Source: an uncultured Actinomycetota bacterium (GTDB lineage Bacteria; Actinomycetota; Actinomycetes; Streptosporangiales; Streptosporangiaceae). Taken from it: 64,000 nt of DNA. Under the pieces are notes generated by a model. The model was not told the DNA's origin, ran no database searches, and saw only the letters and a program-made list of their open reading frames with translations. The position numbers were made by a program, and so were the translations under genes. The stretch spans positions 56,935 to 120,934 of the forward strand of contig CAWHZU010000023.1 in NCBI GenBank assembly GCA_963833885.1, read 5' to 3'. Positions 17,887 through 27,747 of the stretch are shown here, piece by piece (position 1 is the first letter of the stretch; the number at the start of each line of letters is the position of its first letter).

Positions 17887-19290
17887 GTGGCTGCTCACTG
17901 GCGGCAGGACCGCGGATGCGAGAGCTTAAATGCCGTGGGACACAGTGCGCTGCCCGAACGAGCCATCGGCGTCTTCCTCGCCGACGACAACCTGATCGTG
18001 CGCGAGGGCGTCCGGGCGCTCATCGAGCGGGATCCGGACCTGCGTGTGGTGGGGGTGGCCGCCGACTACGACGAGGTCATCAGCGGCACCGCCGCCACCG
18101 AGCCGCAGGTCCTGGTCACCGACGTGCGGATGCCGCCGTCCTTCCACCGCGAGGGCATCGACGCGGCCAAGGAGGTGCGCAAGCGCTTCCCGGGCACCGG
18201 CGTAGTGGTGCTGTCGCAGTACGACGACCCCGAGTACGCGGTGTCATTGCTGGCCGAGGGCTCGGCCGGGTACGGCTACCTGCTGAAGGACAGGGTCGCC
18301 GAGGGCAACCAGCTTGCCGACGCCATCCGCAGCGTGGCCACCGGCGGCACCGCGCTCGACCCCGCGATCGTCGAGGCGCTGGTCCAGCCGGTCACCTCGC
18401 CCGGCGAGCTCGCTCCCGCCGAGGAGGAACTGCTCGGCATGATCGCCGAGGGCAAGCCGATCAAGGCGATCGCGGTCGCCAGGCGGGTGCCGCCCGAGGC
18501 GGTGGACGCCGAGGTCGAGGCCGTGTTCGTGAAGCTGGCGGCCGGCGTCGCCCAGGGCAACCCGGCGGCGCTCAACCGGCTCCGGCTGCTGCACCAGGCG
18601 ATCGTCGACCGCGAGGAGCAGGGCGAGACGCTGTCCCGGCTGCTGCCGGGCAGGCTCGCCGAGAAGCTCCGCAACTCCAGGCAGCGGATCGGCGAGACCG
18701 AGACCGTGGTCGTGACCGTGCTGATGAGCGACATCCGGTCCTACTCGACGATCGCCGAGCACGCCGACCCGGCAAAACTCGCAGGTCAGCTCAACACTCA
18801 CCGAGCGGCCATGAACCGTGCGATCCTCGGTGAGGGGGGTACCGTCATGCAGTTTGTCGGCGACGCGGTGATGGCGGTGTTCGGCGCGCCGTTCCCCCAG
18901 CCCGACCACCCCGACCGGGCCGTTGCGGCGGCGGCGGGCATGCACGCGCTGCAGGCCGAGATCAACGCGAGCTGGGCCGCCGAGGGGCTGCACGAGTTCG
19001 GCCTCGGCATCGGGCTGTCCACCGGCCAGGTCGCCGCGGCCCTGCTCGGCTCGGAGGAACGGCTCGAGTACACGCTGGTCGGCGACACGGTCAACCTGTC
19101 CCAGCGGCTGCAGCAGCTCGCGGAGGCTGGCGAGACCGTGCTGTCCGAGCCCACCCACCGCGCCCTGACCGTTCCGTCGGACGCGATCGCGCTGCCAGCC
19201 CAGCTGGTGAAGGGCCGCGATACGCCAATCCTCGCCTACAAGCTTGCCCGCAGCGGCACCCCCGTCGCTGCCGGGCCTATGAACCCGTGA
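17887..19290 (+). CDS. Response regulator with receiver, LuxR-type HTH and class III adenylyl/guanylyl cyclase domains
   Basis: NarL-type REC (VFLADDNLIVREGVRALI...VLVTDVRMPP...VVVLSQYDD...GYLLK). LuxR HTH-like segment (ELLGMIAEGKPIKAIAVARRV...AVFVKLA). CHD cyclase (VVVTVLMSDIRSYSTIAE...FVGDAVMAVFGAP...GIGLSTGQVAAALLGSEERLEYTLVGDTVNLSQRLQ). Confidence 0.85.
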   Translation: MAAHWRQDRGCESLNAVGHSALPERAIGVFLADDNLIVREGVRALIERDPDLRVVGVAADYDEVISGTAATEPQVLVTDVRMPPSFHREGIDAAKEVRKRFPGTGVVVLSQYDDPEYAVSLLAEGSAGYGYLLKDRVAEGNQLADAIRSVATGGTALDPAIVEALVQPVTSPGELAPAEEELLGMIAEGKPIKAIAVARRVPPEAVDAEVEAVFVKLAAGVAQGNPAALNRLRLLHQAIVDREEQGETLSRLLPGRLAEKLRNSRQRIGETETVVVTVLMSDIRSYSTIAEHADPAKLAGQLNTHRAAMNRAILGEGGTVMQFVGDAVMAVFGAPFPQPDHPDRAVAAAAGMHALQAEINASWAAEGLHEFGLGIGLSTGQVAAALLGSEERLEYTLVGDTVNLSQRLQQLAEAGETVLSEPTHRALTVPSDAIALPAQLVKGRDTPILAYKLARSGTPVAAGPMNP

Positions 19291-19315
19291 ATACCCAACC
19301 GACCCGGGGGGGCCG

Positions 19316-20050
19316 ATGACCGAGAACCGTGCCGCACTGACCATGCGCGGCGTGCGCAAGACCTTCGAGGCCGAGAACGCGCCGGTACGGGCGCTGCGCG
19401 GCGTGGACCTGACCGTGGCTTCGGGCGAGTTCGCCGCGCTGATGGGCCCGTCCGGCTGCGGCAAGTCCACCCTGCTGAACCTCGTGGCCGGGCTCGAGCT
19501 CGCCGACGAGGGAACGATCACGGTCGCCGACGAGGAGGTGACCGGGCGCGGTGAGGACGACCTGGCCCGGCTGCGGCGCAAGCACATCGGCATCATCTTC
19601 CAGTTCTTCAACCTGCTGGAGGGGATGACCGTGCTGGAGAACGTTGCGCTGCCCGCCGTGATCGCCGGCCGCAAGCGCAAGATGGCCGAGACCAGGGCCA
19701 GGGATTTGCTGGACCTGCTCGGCATCGGCGACAAGGCGGCCGCCGTGCCCGGCGTGCTGTCCGGCGGGCAGCGGCAGCGGCTGGCGATCGCCAGGGCGCT
19801 GGCGAACGAGCCGACCCTGCTGCTGGCCGACGAGCCGACCGGCGCGCTGGACTCCGATGGCGGCCAGGAGGTCATCGAGCTGCTGAGCCGACTGCACGCG
19901 GGCGGCCAGACCATCGTCATGGTCACCCACGACGCGCAGGTGGCCGGCGCGGCCGGGCGCATCGTGCGGATGCTCGACGGCCGCATCGTGCAAGCCGACC
20001 CGGGCGGGAGCACCGAGACCGGCGCCGGCATCCCGGTCGAGGCGCACTAG
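19316..20050 (+). CDS. MacB/LolD-type ABC transporter ATP-binding protein
   Basis: Walker A GPSGCGKST, signature LSGGQRQRLAIARAL, Walker B LLLADEPTGALD. Confidence 0.95.
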   Translation: MTENRAALTMRGVRKTFEAENAPVRALRGVDLTVASGEFAALMGPSGCGKSTLLNLVAGLELADEGTITVADEEVTGRGEDDLARLRRKHIGIIFQFFNLLEGMTVLENVALPAVIAGRKRKMAETRARDLLDLLGIGDKAAAVPGVLSGGQRQRLAIARALANEPTLLLADEPTGALDSDGGQEVIELLSRLHAGGQTIVMVTHDAQVAGAAGRIVRMLDGRIVQADPGGSTETGAGIPVEAH

Positions 20051-20072
20051 CCGTCGCCGGCCCGCCGCCTAC

Positions 20073-22610
20073 CTGGCGTGGTACCGGCTCCGAGCCACGC
20101 TGCGCCGCCGGCTTGGCGGCTACCTGGCGCTAGCCGTGCTGGTGGGCCTCATCGGCGGCATAGCGCTGGCCTCCGTGACCGCGGCCCGGCGGACCGAGTC
20201 GTCCTACCCGGACTACCTGGCCAGCACGAACCCGTCGAGCCTGATCATTCAGCCGAACTCGAACATCAACGTGTCCTCGGCGGCCCAGGCGAACCAGATC
20301 TACCAGCACATGCTCAGCCGGCTGCGGCACCTGCCGCACGTGACCGGGCTGGCCACGGCCGATGCCGTCAACGCCGCCATGCTGACGCCGCGCGGCGGGT
20401 ACGGCACGGTGCTGTTCACCCAGGTGCAGCTTGTGACCAGCGGTGATGGCATGTTCACCCGCCAGGACCGGCTGACGGTCACCGCAGGCCACCGGGCGGT
20501 GCGCGCGAACCAGGTGGTGGCGACTGCCAGGGCCGCCGCCGTGCTGCACCTGCATGTGGGCTCCCGGCTGCGGCTGGGTGTCTGGGCGTCGAGCCCCAAG
20601 CCCGGGCTGCCGCCGTTCTACCGCAAGCTCGACCTGACCGTGACCGGCATCGGCGTGGTGAGCACGCAGATCGTGCAGGACGACATCGACGCCGACCGCA
20701 CCGGGTTCCTCATCGGCACCCCGGCGCTGGACCGGGAGTTCATGCCGTGCTGCACCGGAACCTCCTATATCGGGCTGCAGGTAGCGGGCGGCGCCCGGTA
20801 CGACGCGGCCGTCGACCAGGGCTACGTGAACCTGGCGACCTCGATCTTCGGCGCCGGATCCGTCCAGTTGCTGCAGCTGCTGCAGGTCTACAACACCTCG
20901 GCGATCGAGGCGGAGGCGCAGCGCGCGATCTACCCGGAGGCGATAGCCCTGGGCGTGTTCGGGCTGATCGCCGGGCTCGCCGCGCTGATCATCGGCGCCC
21001 AGGCGGTGTCCCGGCAGCTTCGCGCGGCCACCGACGACGCGAGCGTCCTGCGGGCGCTCGGCGCCGGCCCGCTGGCCGCCACCGCCGACGGCGTGCTCGG
21101 GGTGCTCGCCGCCGTGGTCGCCGGGGCGCTGCTCGCTGTTGCCGTCGCGATCACGCTGTCCCCGTTCTCGCTTTTCGGGCCCGTCCGGCAGGCACAGCCG
21201 GGGCGGGGGTTCTACGTCGACGCCACGGTGCTCGGGCTGGGCGCGCTCGCGCTCATCCTGGTCCTCGGCGGGGTGGCCGCGGTCATCGGCTACCGCCAGG
21301 CACCACACCGCGCCGCCGCCCGCACGCACGGCGCCGACCGCGGCTCGGCCCTGGTGCGCGCCGGGCTCGGCGCCGGGCTCGGCGCCACCGGCGTGGCCGG
21401 GCTGCGGTTCGCGCTCGAGCCGGGCCGGGGACGGACCGCGGTGCCGGTCAGGTCCGTGCTCACCGGCGCGGTGCTGGCCGTGACTGTGATCGCTGCCACG
21501 CTGACGTTCGGCGCCAGCCTCACCAACCTCATCGCCCGGCCCGCCCTCTACGGCTGGGACTTCAGCTACGCGCTGTACTCGACCGATGGATGGGGACCGT
21601 TCCCGGCGGCGCGGGTCACACCGATTCTTGACCGGGACAAGCTGATCGCCACCAGCACCGGCGTGTATTTCCTGACCGTGCAGATCGACGGGCAGACGGT
21701 CCCGGGGATCCTGTCCCCCGCCCGCCCGGCGGTCGGCCCGCAGATCCTGTCCGGCAGCGGGCTCAACGGTCCCGGCGACATCGTGCTCGGCCCGGCCACG
21801 CTCGCCGCGCTGCACAAGAAGGTCGGCGACAAGGTCACCGTGCGGCTCGGCCCGGTGATCCGCGACGACACGCTGACGGTCTCCGGCACCGCGGCGCTGC
21901 CCGCGCTCGGCGACACGCTCGGGATCCATCCCTCACTGTCCACCGGCGCGATCCTGCCGGTCAGCGCCGTATCCAAGGCCGCGCTTGACGAAGATGGCCC
22001 GGATTCCGGCCCCAACGCGATCCTGATACGGCTGCGGCCCGGCGTCAGCCAGGCCGCCGGGCTGCGGTCGCTGCAGCAGATCGCCAACACCTACAACAAC
22101 ATCGTGCACTCCCCGCAGACGGTCGCCGAGGCGGGCCCGTCGGCGCTGGAGCTCGTGGCCAACGTGCTGCCGGTGCAGCGGCCCGCCGAGATCGTCAACT
22201 ACAAGTCCATGGGCACGATGCCGGTGATCCTGGCCGCAGGCGTGGCCGTCGGCACGGTCGCCGCGCTCGGGCTGGCGCTGGTCACGTCGGTGCGGCGGCG
22301 GCGGCGCGACCTCGCGCTGCTGAAGACGCTGGGCTTCACCCGCAGGCAGCTCGCAACGACCGTCGCCTGGCAGTCCACCGTGGTCGCCATCGTGGGGCTG
22401 GTCATCGGGATACCGCTGGGCATCGCGGTCGGCCGCTGGCTGTGGATCGTGTTCGCCCGCGAGCTGTCCACGGTGCCGGATGCGGTCGTCCCGGCCGGAT
22501 CGGTGGCGCTGGCCGCCGTCGCCGCGCTGGTCCTGGCCAACCTGGTCGCCGCGCTGCCCGGCCGTTCCGCCGCCCGCACCCCGGCCGCCCTGCTGCTCCG
22601 GGCGGAGTGA
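20073..22610 (+). CDS. FtsX/MacB-like permease, paralogue 2 (no canonical start codon in the conserved N-terminus)
   Basis: ORF track starts at GTG 20136 (MLVGLIGG). The in-frame upstream sequence encodes the conserved (L)AWYRLRATLRRRLGGYLALAVLVGLIGG seen in all paralogues. The only candidate initiator is CTG 20073, aligned with the Met of MAWYRF in paralogue 1. No purine-rich RBS. Confidence 0.7.
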   Translation: MAWYRLRATLRRRLGGYLALAVLVGLIGGIALASVTAARRTESSYPDYLASTNPSSLIIQPNSNINVSSAAQANQIYQHMLSRLRHLPHVTGLATADAVNAAMLTPRGGYGTVLFTQVQLVTSGDGMFTRQDRLTVTAGHRAVRANQVVATARAAAVLHLHVGSRLRLGVWASSPKPGLPPFYRKLDLTVTGIGVVSTQIVQDDIDADRTGFLIGTPALDREFMPCCTGTSYIGLQVAGGARYDAAVDQGYVNLATSIFGAGSVQLLQLLQVYNTSAIEAEAQRAIYPEAIALGVFGLIAGLAALIIGAQAVSRQLRAATDDASVLRALGAGPLAATADGVLGVLAAVVAGALLAVAVAITLSPFSLFGPVRQAQPGRGFYVDATVLGLGALALILVLGGVAAVIGYRQAPHRAAARTHGADRGSALVRAGLGAGLGATGVAGLRFALEPGRGRTAVPVRSVLTGAVLAVTVIAATLTFGASLTNLIARPALYGWDFSYALYSTDGWGPFPAARVTPILDRDKLIATSTGVYFLTVQIDGQTVPGILSPARPAVGPQILSGSGLNGPGDIVLGPATLAALHKKVGDKVTVRLGPVIRDDTLTVSGTAALPALGDTLGIHPSLSTGAILPVSAVSKAALDEDGPDSGPNAILIRLRPGVSQAAGLRSLQQIANTYNNIVHSPQTVAEAGPSALELVANVLPVQRPAEIVNYKSMGTMPVILAAGVAVGTVAALGLALVTSVRRRRRDLALLKTLGFTRRQLATTVAWQSTVVAIVGLVIGIPLGIAVGRWLWIVFARELSTVPDAVVPAGSVALAAVAALVLANLVAALPGRSAARTPAALLLRAE

Positions 22611-22634
22611 AGCCATGCGTCAAAGGAACTCGCT

Positions 22635-25151
22635 ATGAGCGGGCCGACGGTCCGGGTGGCCGTCTACCGGCTGCGGGCCACCCTGCCCCGCCGGTGGGGC
22701 GGGTACCTGGCGCTGACCCTGCTGGTCGGCCTCGTCGGTGGTGTGGCGCTCGGGTCGCTAACTGCGGCCCGCCGCACCTACGCGTCCTACCCGGCGTTCC
22801 TGGCCAGCACAAACCCGTCCGATCTGTTCGTGCTGCCGCAGACGAGCAGCCCCGAGCCCGGCCTGGTGAACAGCCTGGCCCGGCTGCCGCACGTACGCAG
22901 CGCCGAGGAGGGCGAGCAGATCAACGCGGCGACATTGACGCCAGGCGGCAAGGTCCAGACGGTCCTGGAAACCCAGGTGGAGCTCGTCGCCAGCCCGAAC
23001 GGGCTGTTCACCGACCAGGACAGGCTCAAGATCATCAAGGGGCGCGCCGCCGACCCGGCGCGGGCGGATGAGGTGGTGGCCACCAACGAGGCCGCATCGG
23101 TCCTGCACCTGCACGTCGGACAGCGGATCCCGGTCGGGATTGTCCGCAGCAGCAGCCAGAACGAGCAGCTGTACCGGCGCACCAAACTGACGGTGGTGGG
23201 GATCGGCGTGCTCGGCATCCAGCTCGTGCACGACGACATCGACAGCAACCGGGCCGGGTTCCTCGTCGGCACGCCGGCGCTGCTGCGGCAGTACGAGTCC
23301 TGCTGCGCCACAAACAGTTACGACGGGTTGCAGCTCGACGGCGGCAGCCGCTACGCAACGACGGTCCTGCAAGGGTACGAGCGCCTGATCGACAACCCGG
23401 CGCTCAGCCACGGCCAGCTCGTGGTCTACCAGACGGCCGCCATCGAGGCCGAGGCGCAGCAGGCCATCCGGCCGGAAGCGGTCGCCCTCGCTGTGTTCGG
23501 GGTGATCGCCCTCGTCGCCGCGCTGATCATCGGCACCCAGGCGATCTCCCGCCAGCTTCACGGCGGCGCCACAGACACCGAGGTGCTGCGGGCGCTCGGT
23601 GCCGGCCCGGCCACGACAATGGCCGACGGACTGCTCGGCGTGGTGGCCGCCACCGTCGCCGGGGCACTGCTCGCCGCCGCGGTCGCGGTCGGCCTGTCAC
23701 CGCTCACCCTGTTCGGGCCGGTAAGGACCGTGCAGACGGCACCCGGCATCGACGCCGACTGGGCCGTCCTCGGGCCGGGCATGGCCGTGCTGGCCGTAGG
23801 CCTGGCGCTGGTGGCGGCCGGCATCGGCTACCGGCTGGCGCCGCAGCGCGCGGCACGCCGTGCCGGGGCAGCGGGGCGCGGCTCGAGCGTCGTCGGCGCC
23901 GCACTAGCCGCCGGGCTTCCGGTCGCCGGCGGGGCGGGCCTGCGGTTCGCACTGGAGCCCGGGCGCGGCCGGACCGCGGTCCCGGTCCGGTCGGTCATGG
24001 CCGGGACCGTGCTGGCGGTTGTGGTCGGCATCGCCACGCTGACGTTCGGCGCCAGCCTGACCACGCTGGTCTCCCACCCCTCGCTGTACGGCTGGAACTT
24101 CGACTACGCGCTGTACTCGGTCGACGGCTACGGCCCCGTTCCGTCGCGGTGGACAACCCCGCTGCTGGCGCGCGACCGGGACGTGGCCGCCGCCACCGGT
24201 GCCTACTTCGCGACGGTCCAGATCGACGGCCAGACCGTGCCGGGCATCGCTGTCTCCACTCCGGCGGCGATCACGCCGAGCGCGCTGACAGGGAACAAGC
24301 TGGGCGGGGGCGGGCAGATCGTGCTCGGGCCCGCGACGCTGGCCGCGCTGCACATGCGGGTTGGCGACACCGTGACCGTGTCCGAGGGACAGATCATCCC
24401 GCCGACCAGGCTGCGGATCGTCGGGACCGCGGCGCTGCCCACGATCGGGGACGTCATCGGCGTGCACGCGTCGCTGAGCACCGGCGCGATCATCTCCACC
24501 AGATCGCTGCCAGCGGCGGACCTGACCGCCTATGGCCCGGTCTCCGGCCCCAACGCGGTCTTCATCCGGCTGCGGCCCGGGGTCAGCAAAGCGGCCGGGA
24601 TGCGCTCGCTGAACCAGATCGCCGCCCAGCTGAACCAGGACTCCCACGGGCCGCTGGTCGAGTCGCTCTTCGGCAACATCGGGCAGTACATCAAATTCGT
24701 GTCGGTGCTGCCGGTGCAGCGGCCGGCCGAGATCGTGAATTACCGGACCATGGGCGCGATGCCCGCGGTGCTGGCCGGCGGGCTCGCGGCCGGCGCGGTG
24801 GCCGGGCTCGGGCTGACGCTGGTGGCGTCGGTGCGGCGCAGGCGGCGCGACTTCGCGACGCTGAAGACGCTCGGCTTCACCAAAGGCCAGCTCGCGGCAG
24901 CGGTCGCCTGGCAGTCCACCGTGGTCGCGGCCGTCGGCCTGGTGGTCGGCGTGCCGGTGGGCATAGCCGCAGGCCGCTGGCTGTGGCTGGCGTTCGCCCG
25001 CGAGCTGTCCGCCGTGCCGGACCCGGTGGTTCCCGCCGGGTCGATCGCCTTGGCCGTGGTCGCGTCCCTGGTGCTGGCCAACCTCGTCGCCGCGCTGCCC
25101 GGCCGCGCCGCGGCCCGCACCCCCGCCGCCATCGTGCTCAGGGCCGAGTGA
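22635..25151 (+). CDS. FtsX/MacB-like permease, paralogue 3
   Basis: 838 aa, same architecture. AAAGGAA RBS before the ATG. Confidence 0.85.
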   Translation: MSGPTVRVAVYRLRATLPRRWGGYLALTLLVGLVGGVALGSLTAARRTYASYPAFLASTNPSDLFVLPQTSSPEPGLVNSLARLPHVRSAEEGEQINAATLTPGGKVQTVLETQVELVASPNGLFTDQDRLKIIKGRAADPARADEVVATNEAASVLHLHVGQRIPVGIVRSSSQNEQLYRRTKLTVVGIGVLGIQLVHDDIDSNRAGFLVGTPALLRQYESCCATNSYDGLQLDGGSRYATTVLQGYERLIDNPALSHGQLVVYQTAAIEAEAQQAIRPEAVALAVFGVIALVAALIIGTQAISRQLHGGATDTEVLRALGAGPATTMADGLLGVVAATVAGALLAAAVAVGLSPLTLFGPVRTVQTAPGIDADWAVLGPGMAVLAVGLALVAAGIGYRLAPQRAARRAGAAGRGSSVVGAALAAGLPVAGGAGLRFALEPGRGRTAVPVRSVMAGTVLAVVVGIATLTFGASLTTLVSHPSLYGWNFDYALYSVDGYGPVPSRWTTPLLARDRDVAAATGAYFATVQIDGQTVPGIAVSTPAAITPSALTGNKLGGGGQIVLGPATLAALHMRVGDTVTVSEGQIIPPTRLRIVGTAALPTIGDVIGVHASLSTGAIISTRSLPAADLTAYGPVSGPNAVFIRLRPGVSKAAGMRSLNQIAAQLNQDSHGPLVESLFGNIGQYIKFVSVLPVQRPAEIVNYRTMGAMPAVLAGGLAAGAVAGLGLTLVASVRRRRRDFATLKTLGFTKGQLAAAVAWQSTVVAAVGLVVGVPVGIAAGRWLWLAFARELSAVPDPVVPAGSIALAVVASLVLANLVAALPGRAAARTPAAIVLRAE

Positions 25152-25161
25152 GGGACATGGG

Positions 25162-27747
25162 ATGAGTCGCCTCGATGCCGGCCCCAACCAGCGAGTGAGC
25201 GCCAGCGTGCCCCCGGCACGCGGCGCGCTGCCGCGGCTGGCGTGGTACCGCTTCCGGGCCACGTTCCGCCGCCGCTGGGGCGGCTACCTGGCCTTGGCCG
25301 TGCTGATCGGCCTGGTCGGCGGCGTGGCGATGGGCTCTATGGTGGCTGCCAGGCGCACCGACGCGTCGTACCCGAAGTTCCTGGCCAGCACCAACCCGTC
25401 GGATCTCGTCGTCGAGCCGTTCACGAAGACGAATTACTCGCCCGCCTTCCTCCGCCAGCTGGCCCGGCTGCCGCATGTGACCGGGGTCGCGGCAGCCGTG
25501 CCGCTCACGGCGGCCACCCTCACCCCGAGCGGGAAGCTCGGCACAGTCCTGCTCGCGCACGTGCAGCTGGCCGGCACTCTCGCCGGTGCTGACGGCATCT
25601 TCTCTGCCCAGGACCGGATGACGATCGTGCGAGGACGCGCGGCCGATCCGGCGCGGCCGGACGAGGTGGTGGCTACCCCGGTTGCGGTCGCGCTGCTGCA
25701 CCTGCACGTGGGGTCGCAGGTACGGGTTGGGCTGATCCGCAACTCCGGCAGCGGCGGCCTCTACGGACATGCGGATCTCACGGTCGTGGGGATCGGGGTG
25801 CTCAACACCCAGGTTCTGCAGGACAGCGTCGACTCCGGCCGGACCGGCTTCCTGGTTGGCACGCCCGCGCTCACCCGGGAATTCGCCTCCTGCTGCGCCA
25901 GCGGCATGACCGTCGGCCTGCGCCTGGACGGCGGCGGCACGTACGACACCGCCGTCGGCAACGAGTACCAGCAGCTGCTGGCCACCAGCCCCTACATCTC
26001 GCGCGGCGGATCCGAGCTCTACGTATACGTGACCGCCGCCATCGAGGCTCAGGCGCAGCGGGCGATCCGCCCGGAGGCCATCGCGCTCGCCGTCTTCGGG
26101 CTGATAGCCGGGCTGGCCGCGCTGATCATCGGGACCCAGTCCGTGGCCCGGCAGCTCCGCGCCGGGGCGGACGACGCCGGGGCGCTGCGGGCGTTCGGCG
26201 CCGGACCGGCGATGATCATGGCCGACGGACTGCCCGGCATCGTGGCGGCGCTGGCGGCCGGGGCGCTGCTCGCCGTCGGCGTGGCCGTCGCGCTGTCGCC
26301 GTTCTCGCTGTTCGGGCCGGTGCGTGAAGTGGAACCAGGACACGGCGTCTACCTCGACTGGGCGGTACTCGGGCTCGGGGCCCTCGGACTGGTTCTCCTG
26401 CTCGGCGGGGTGGCGGCCTTGATCGCCTACCGCCAGATGCCGCACCGGCTGGCCGGCCGCGAGCATGAAGCTGACCGGGGACCAGCTGCGGTCCGGGTAG
26501 TGGCTGCCGCCCGGCTCCCGGCCCCGGCAGTGGAGGGAATGCGGCTTGCCCTGGACCCGGGGCGGGGGCGCACCGCGGTACCGGTCCGCTCTGTCCTGGC
26601 GGGCGCGGTACTGGCCATGACAGTGGTCAGCGCCACCCTCACCTTCGGAGCCAGCCTGGCGACGCTGGTCTCGCATCCGGCGCTGTACGGGTGGAACTTC
26701 AGCTACGCCCTCTACGCGGTCCAGGGCTGGGGCAGCGTGCCCGTCAGGTGGGCCGGCCCGCTGCTGGCCCGCGACCGGGCGGTGGCCGCCACGACGGGGG
26801 TGGTCTTCGCGACGGTCCAGATCAACGGCCAGACCGTCCCCGCCATGGTGGCCCCCACCCGTCCGGCGGTGGGCCCGCACATCCTGTCCGGGCACGGGCT
26901 CGACAGCAGCCACGAACTCGTCCTCGGCCCGGCCACCCTGGCTCAGCTGCACCAGCGGGTCGGCAGCACCGTGACGCTGGCCAGCGGCAGCTTCCATGTC
27001 CGGCTCAGGATCGTGGGCACGGCCACAATGCCAGCGATCGGCAGCGTGCTGACCGTTCATACCTCGATGAGCACCGGGGCGCTGTTCTCCACGGCCGTTC
27101 TCCCCGAGGGAGCCGGTTCCGGACCGTTCGGTCCGCTCCTTTATGGGCCCAACGCCATCCTCATCCGGCTGCGGCCCGGGATCAGCCAGGCGGCAGGCCT
27201 GCGATCGATGCAGGCCGTCAGCCGACAGCTCGCCGGAGCGCTGAACTCGCCGCGCGAGGAGGCGGCCACCGGCGGTCTATCGGTCGCGGACGCCGTAGAC
27301 CTGCTGCCGGCCCAGCGGCCGGCCGAGATCGTGAACTACCGGGCCATGGGGGCCATGCCAGCAGTGCTGGCCGGCGGGCTCGCCGCTGGAGCCGTGGCAG
27401 GCCTCGGCCTGACGCTGGTCGCCTCGGTCCGGCGCCGGCGCCGGGACTTCGCGCTCCTGAAAACGCTCGGTTTCACCCGCGGGCAGCTGGCAGGCGCGGT
27501 TGCCTGGCAGTCTTCCGCGATTGCCGTGATCGGCCTGGTGATCGGCGTGCCGGTGGGCATCGCGGCCGGCCGCTGGCTATGGCTGCTATTCGCGCATGAG
27601 CTGTCGGCGGTACCCGACCCGACGGTCCCGGTCGGCTCGATCGCCCTGGCCGGGCTTGGCGCCGTGGCACTGGCCAACGTGGTCGCCGCGCTCCCGGCGC
27701 GGCGGGCCGCGCGAACGCCGGCGGCTGAAGTCCTGAGAGCGGAGTGA
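25162..27747 (+). CDS. FtsX/MacB-like permease, paralogue 4
   Basis: 861 aa, same architecture. GAGGGA RBS. Stop overlaps the kinase start (ATGA). Confidence 0.85.
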   Translation: MSRLDAGPNQRVSASVPPARGALPRLAWYRFRATFRRRWGGYLALAVLIGLVGGVAMGSMVAARRTDASYPKFLASTNPSDLVVEPFTKTNYSPAFLRQLARLPHVTGVAAAVPLTAATLTPSGKLGTVLLAHVQLAGTLAGADGIFSAQDRMTIVRGRAADPARPDEVVATPVAVALLHLHVGSQVRVGLIRNSGSGGLYGHADLTVVGIGVLNTQVLQDSVDSGRTGFLVGTPALTREFASCCASGMTVGLRLDGGGTYDTAVGNEYQQLLATSPYISRGGSELYVYVTAAIEAQAQRAIRPEAIALAVFGLIAGLAALIIGTQSVARQLRAGADDAGALRAFGAGPAMIMADGLPGIVAALAAGALLAVGVAVALSPFSLFGPVREVEPGHGVYLDWAVLGLGALGLVLLLGGVAALIAYRQMPHRLAGREHEADRGPAAVRVVAAARLPAPAVEGMRLALDPGRGRTAVPVRSVLAGAVLAMTVVSATLTFGASLATLVSHPALYGWNFSYALYAVQGWGSVPVRWAGPLLARDRAVAATTGVVFATVQINGQTVPAMVAPTRPAVGPHILSGHGLDSSHELVLGPATLAQLHQRVGSTVTLASGSFHVRLRIVGTATMPAIGSVLTVHTSMSTGALFSTAVLPEGAGSGPFGPLLYGPNAILIRLRPGISQAAGLRSMQAVSRQLAGALNSPREEAATGGLSVADAVDLLPAQRPAEIVNYRAMGAMPAVLAGGLAAGAVAGLGLTLVASVRRRRRDFALLKTLGFTRGQLAGAVAWQSSAIAVIGLVIGVPVGIAAGRWLWLLFAHELSAVPDPTVPVGSIALAGLGAVALANVVAALPARRAARTPAAEVLRAE

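Noticed and set aside
18244-20031. 595 aa minus-strand ORF
   Set aside because: It is antisense to the REC-cyclase and ABC ATPase genes. The translation is Ser/Pro/Ala/Arg-rich low-complexity, typical of GC-rich reverse frames.
20130-21929. 599 aa minus-strand ORF
   Set aside because: It is antisense to permease paralogue 2. The translation is Arg/Gly/Asp/Pro-rich, a shadow ORF.
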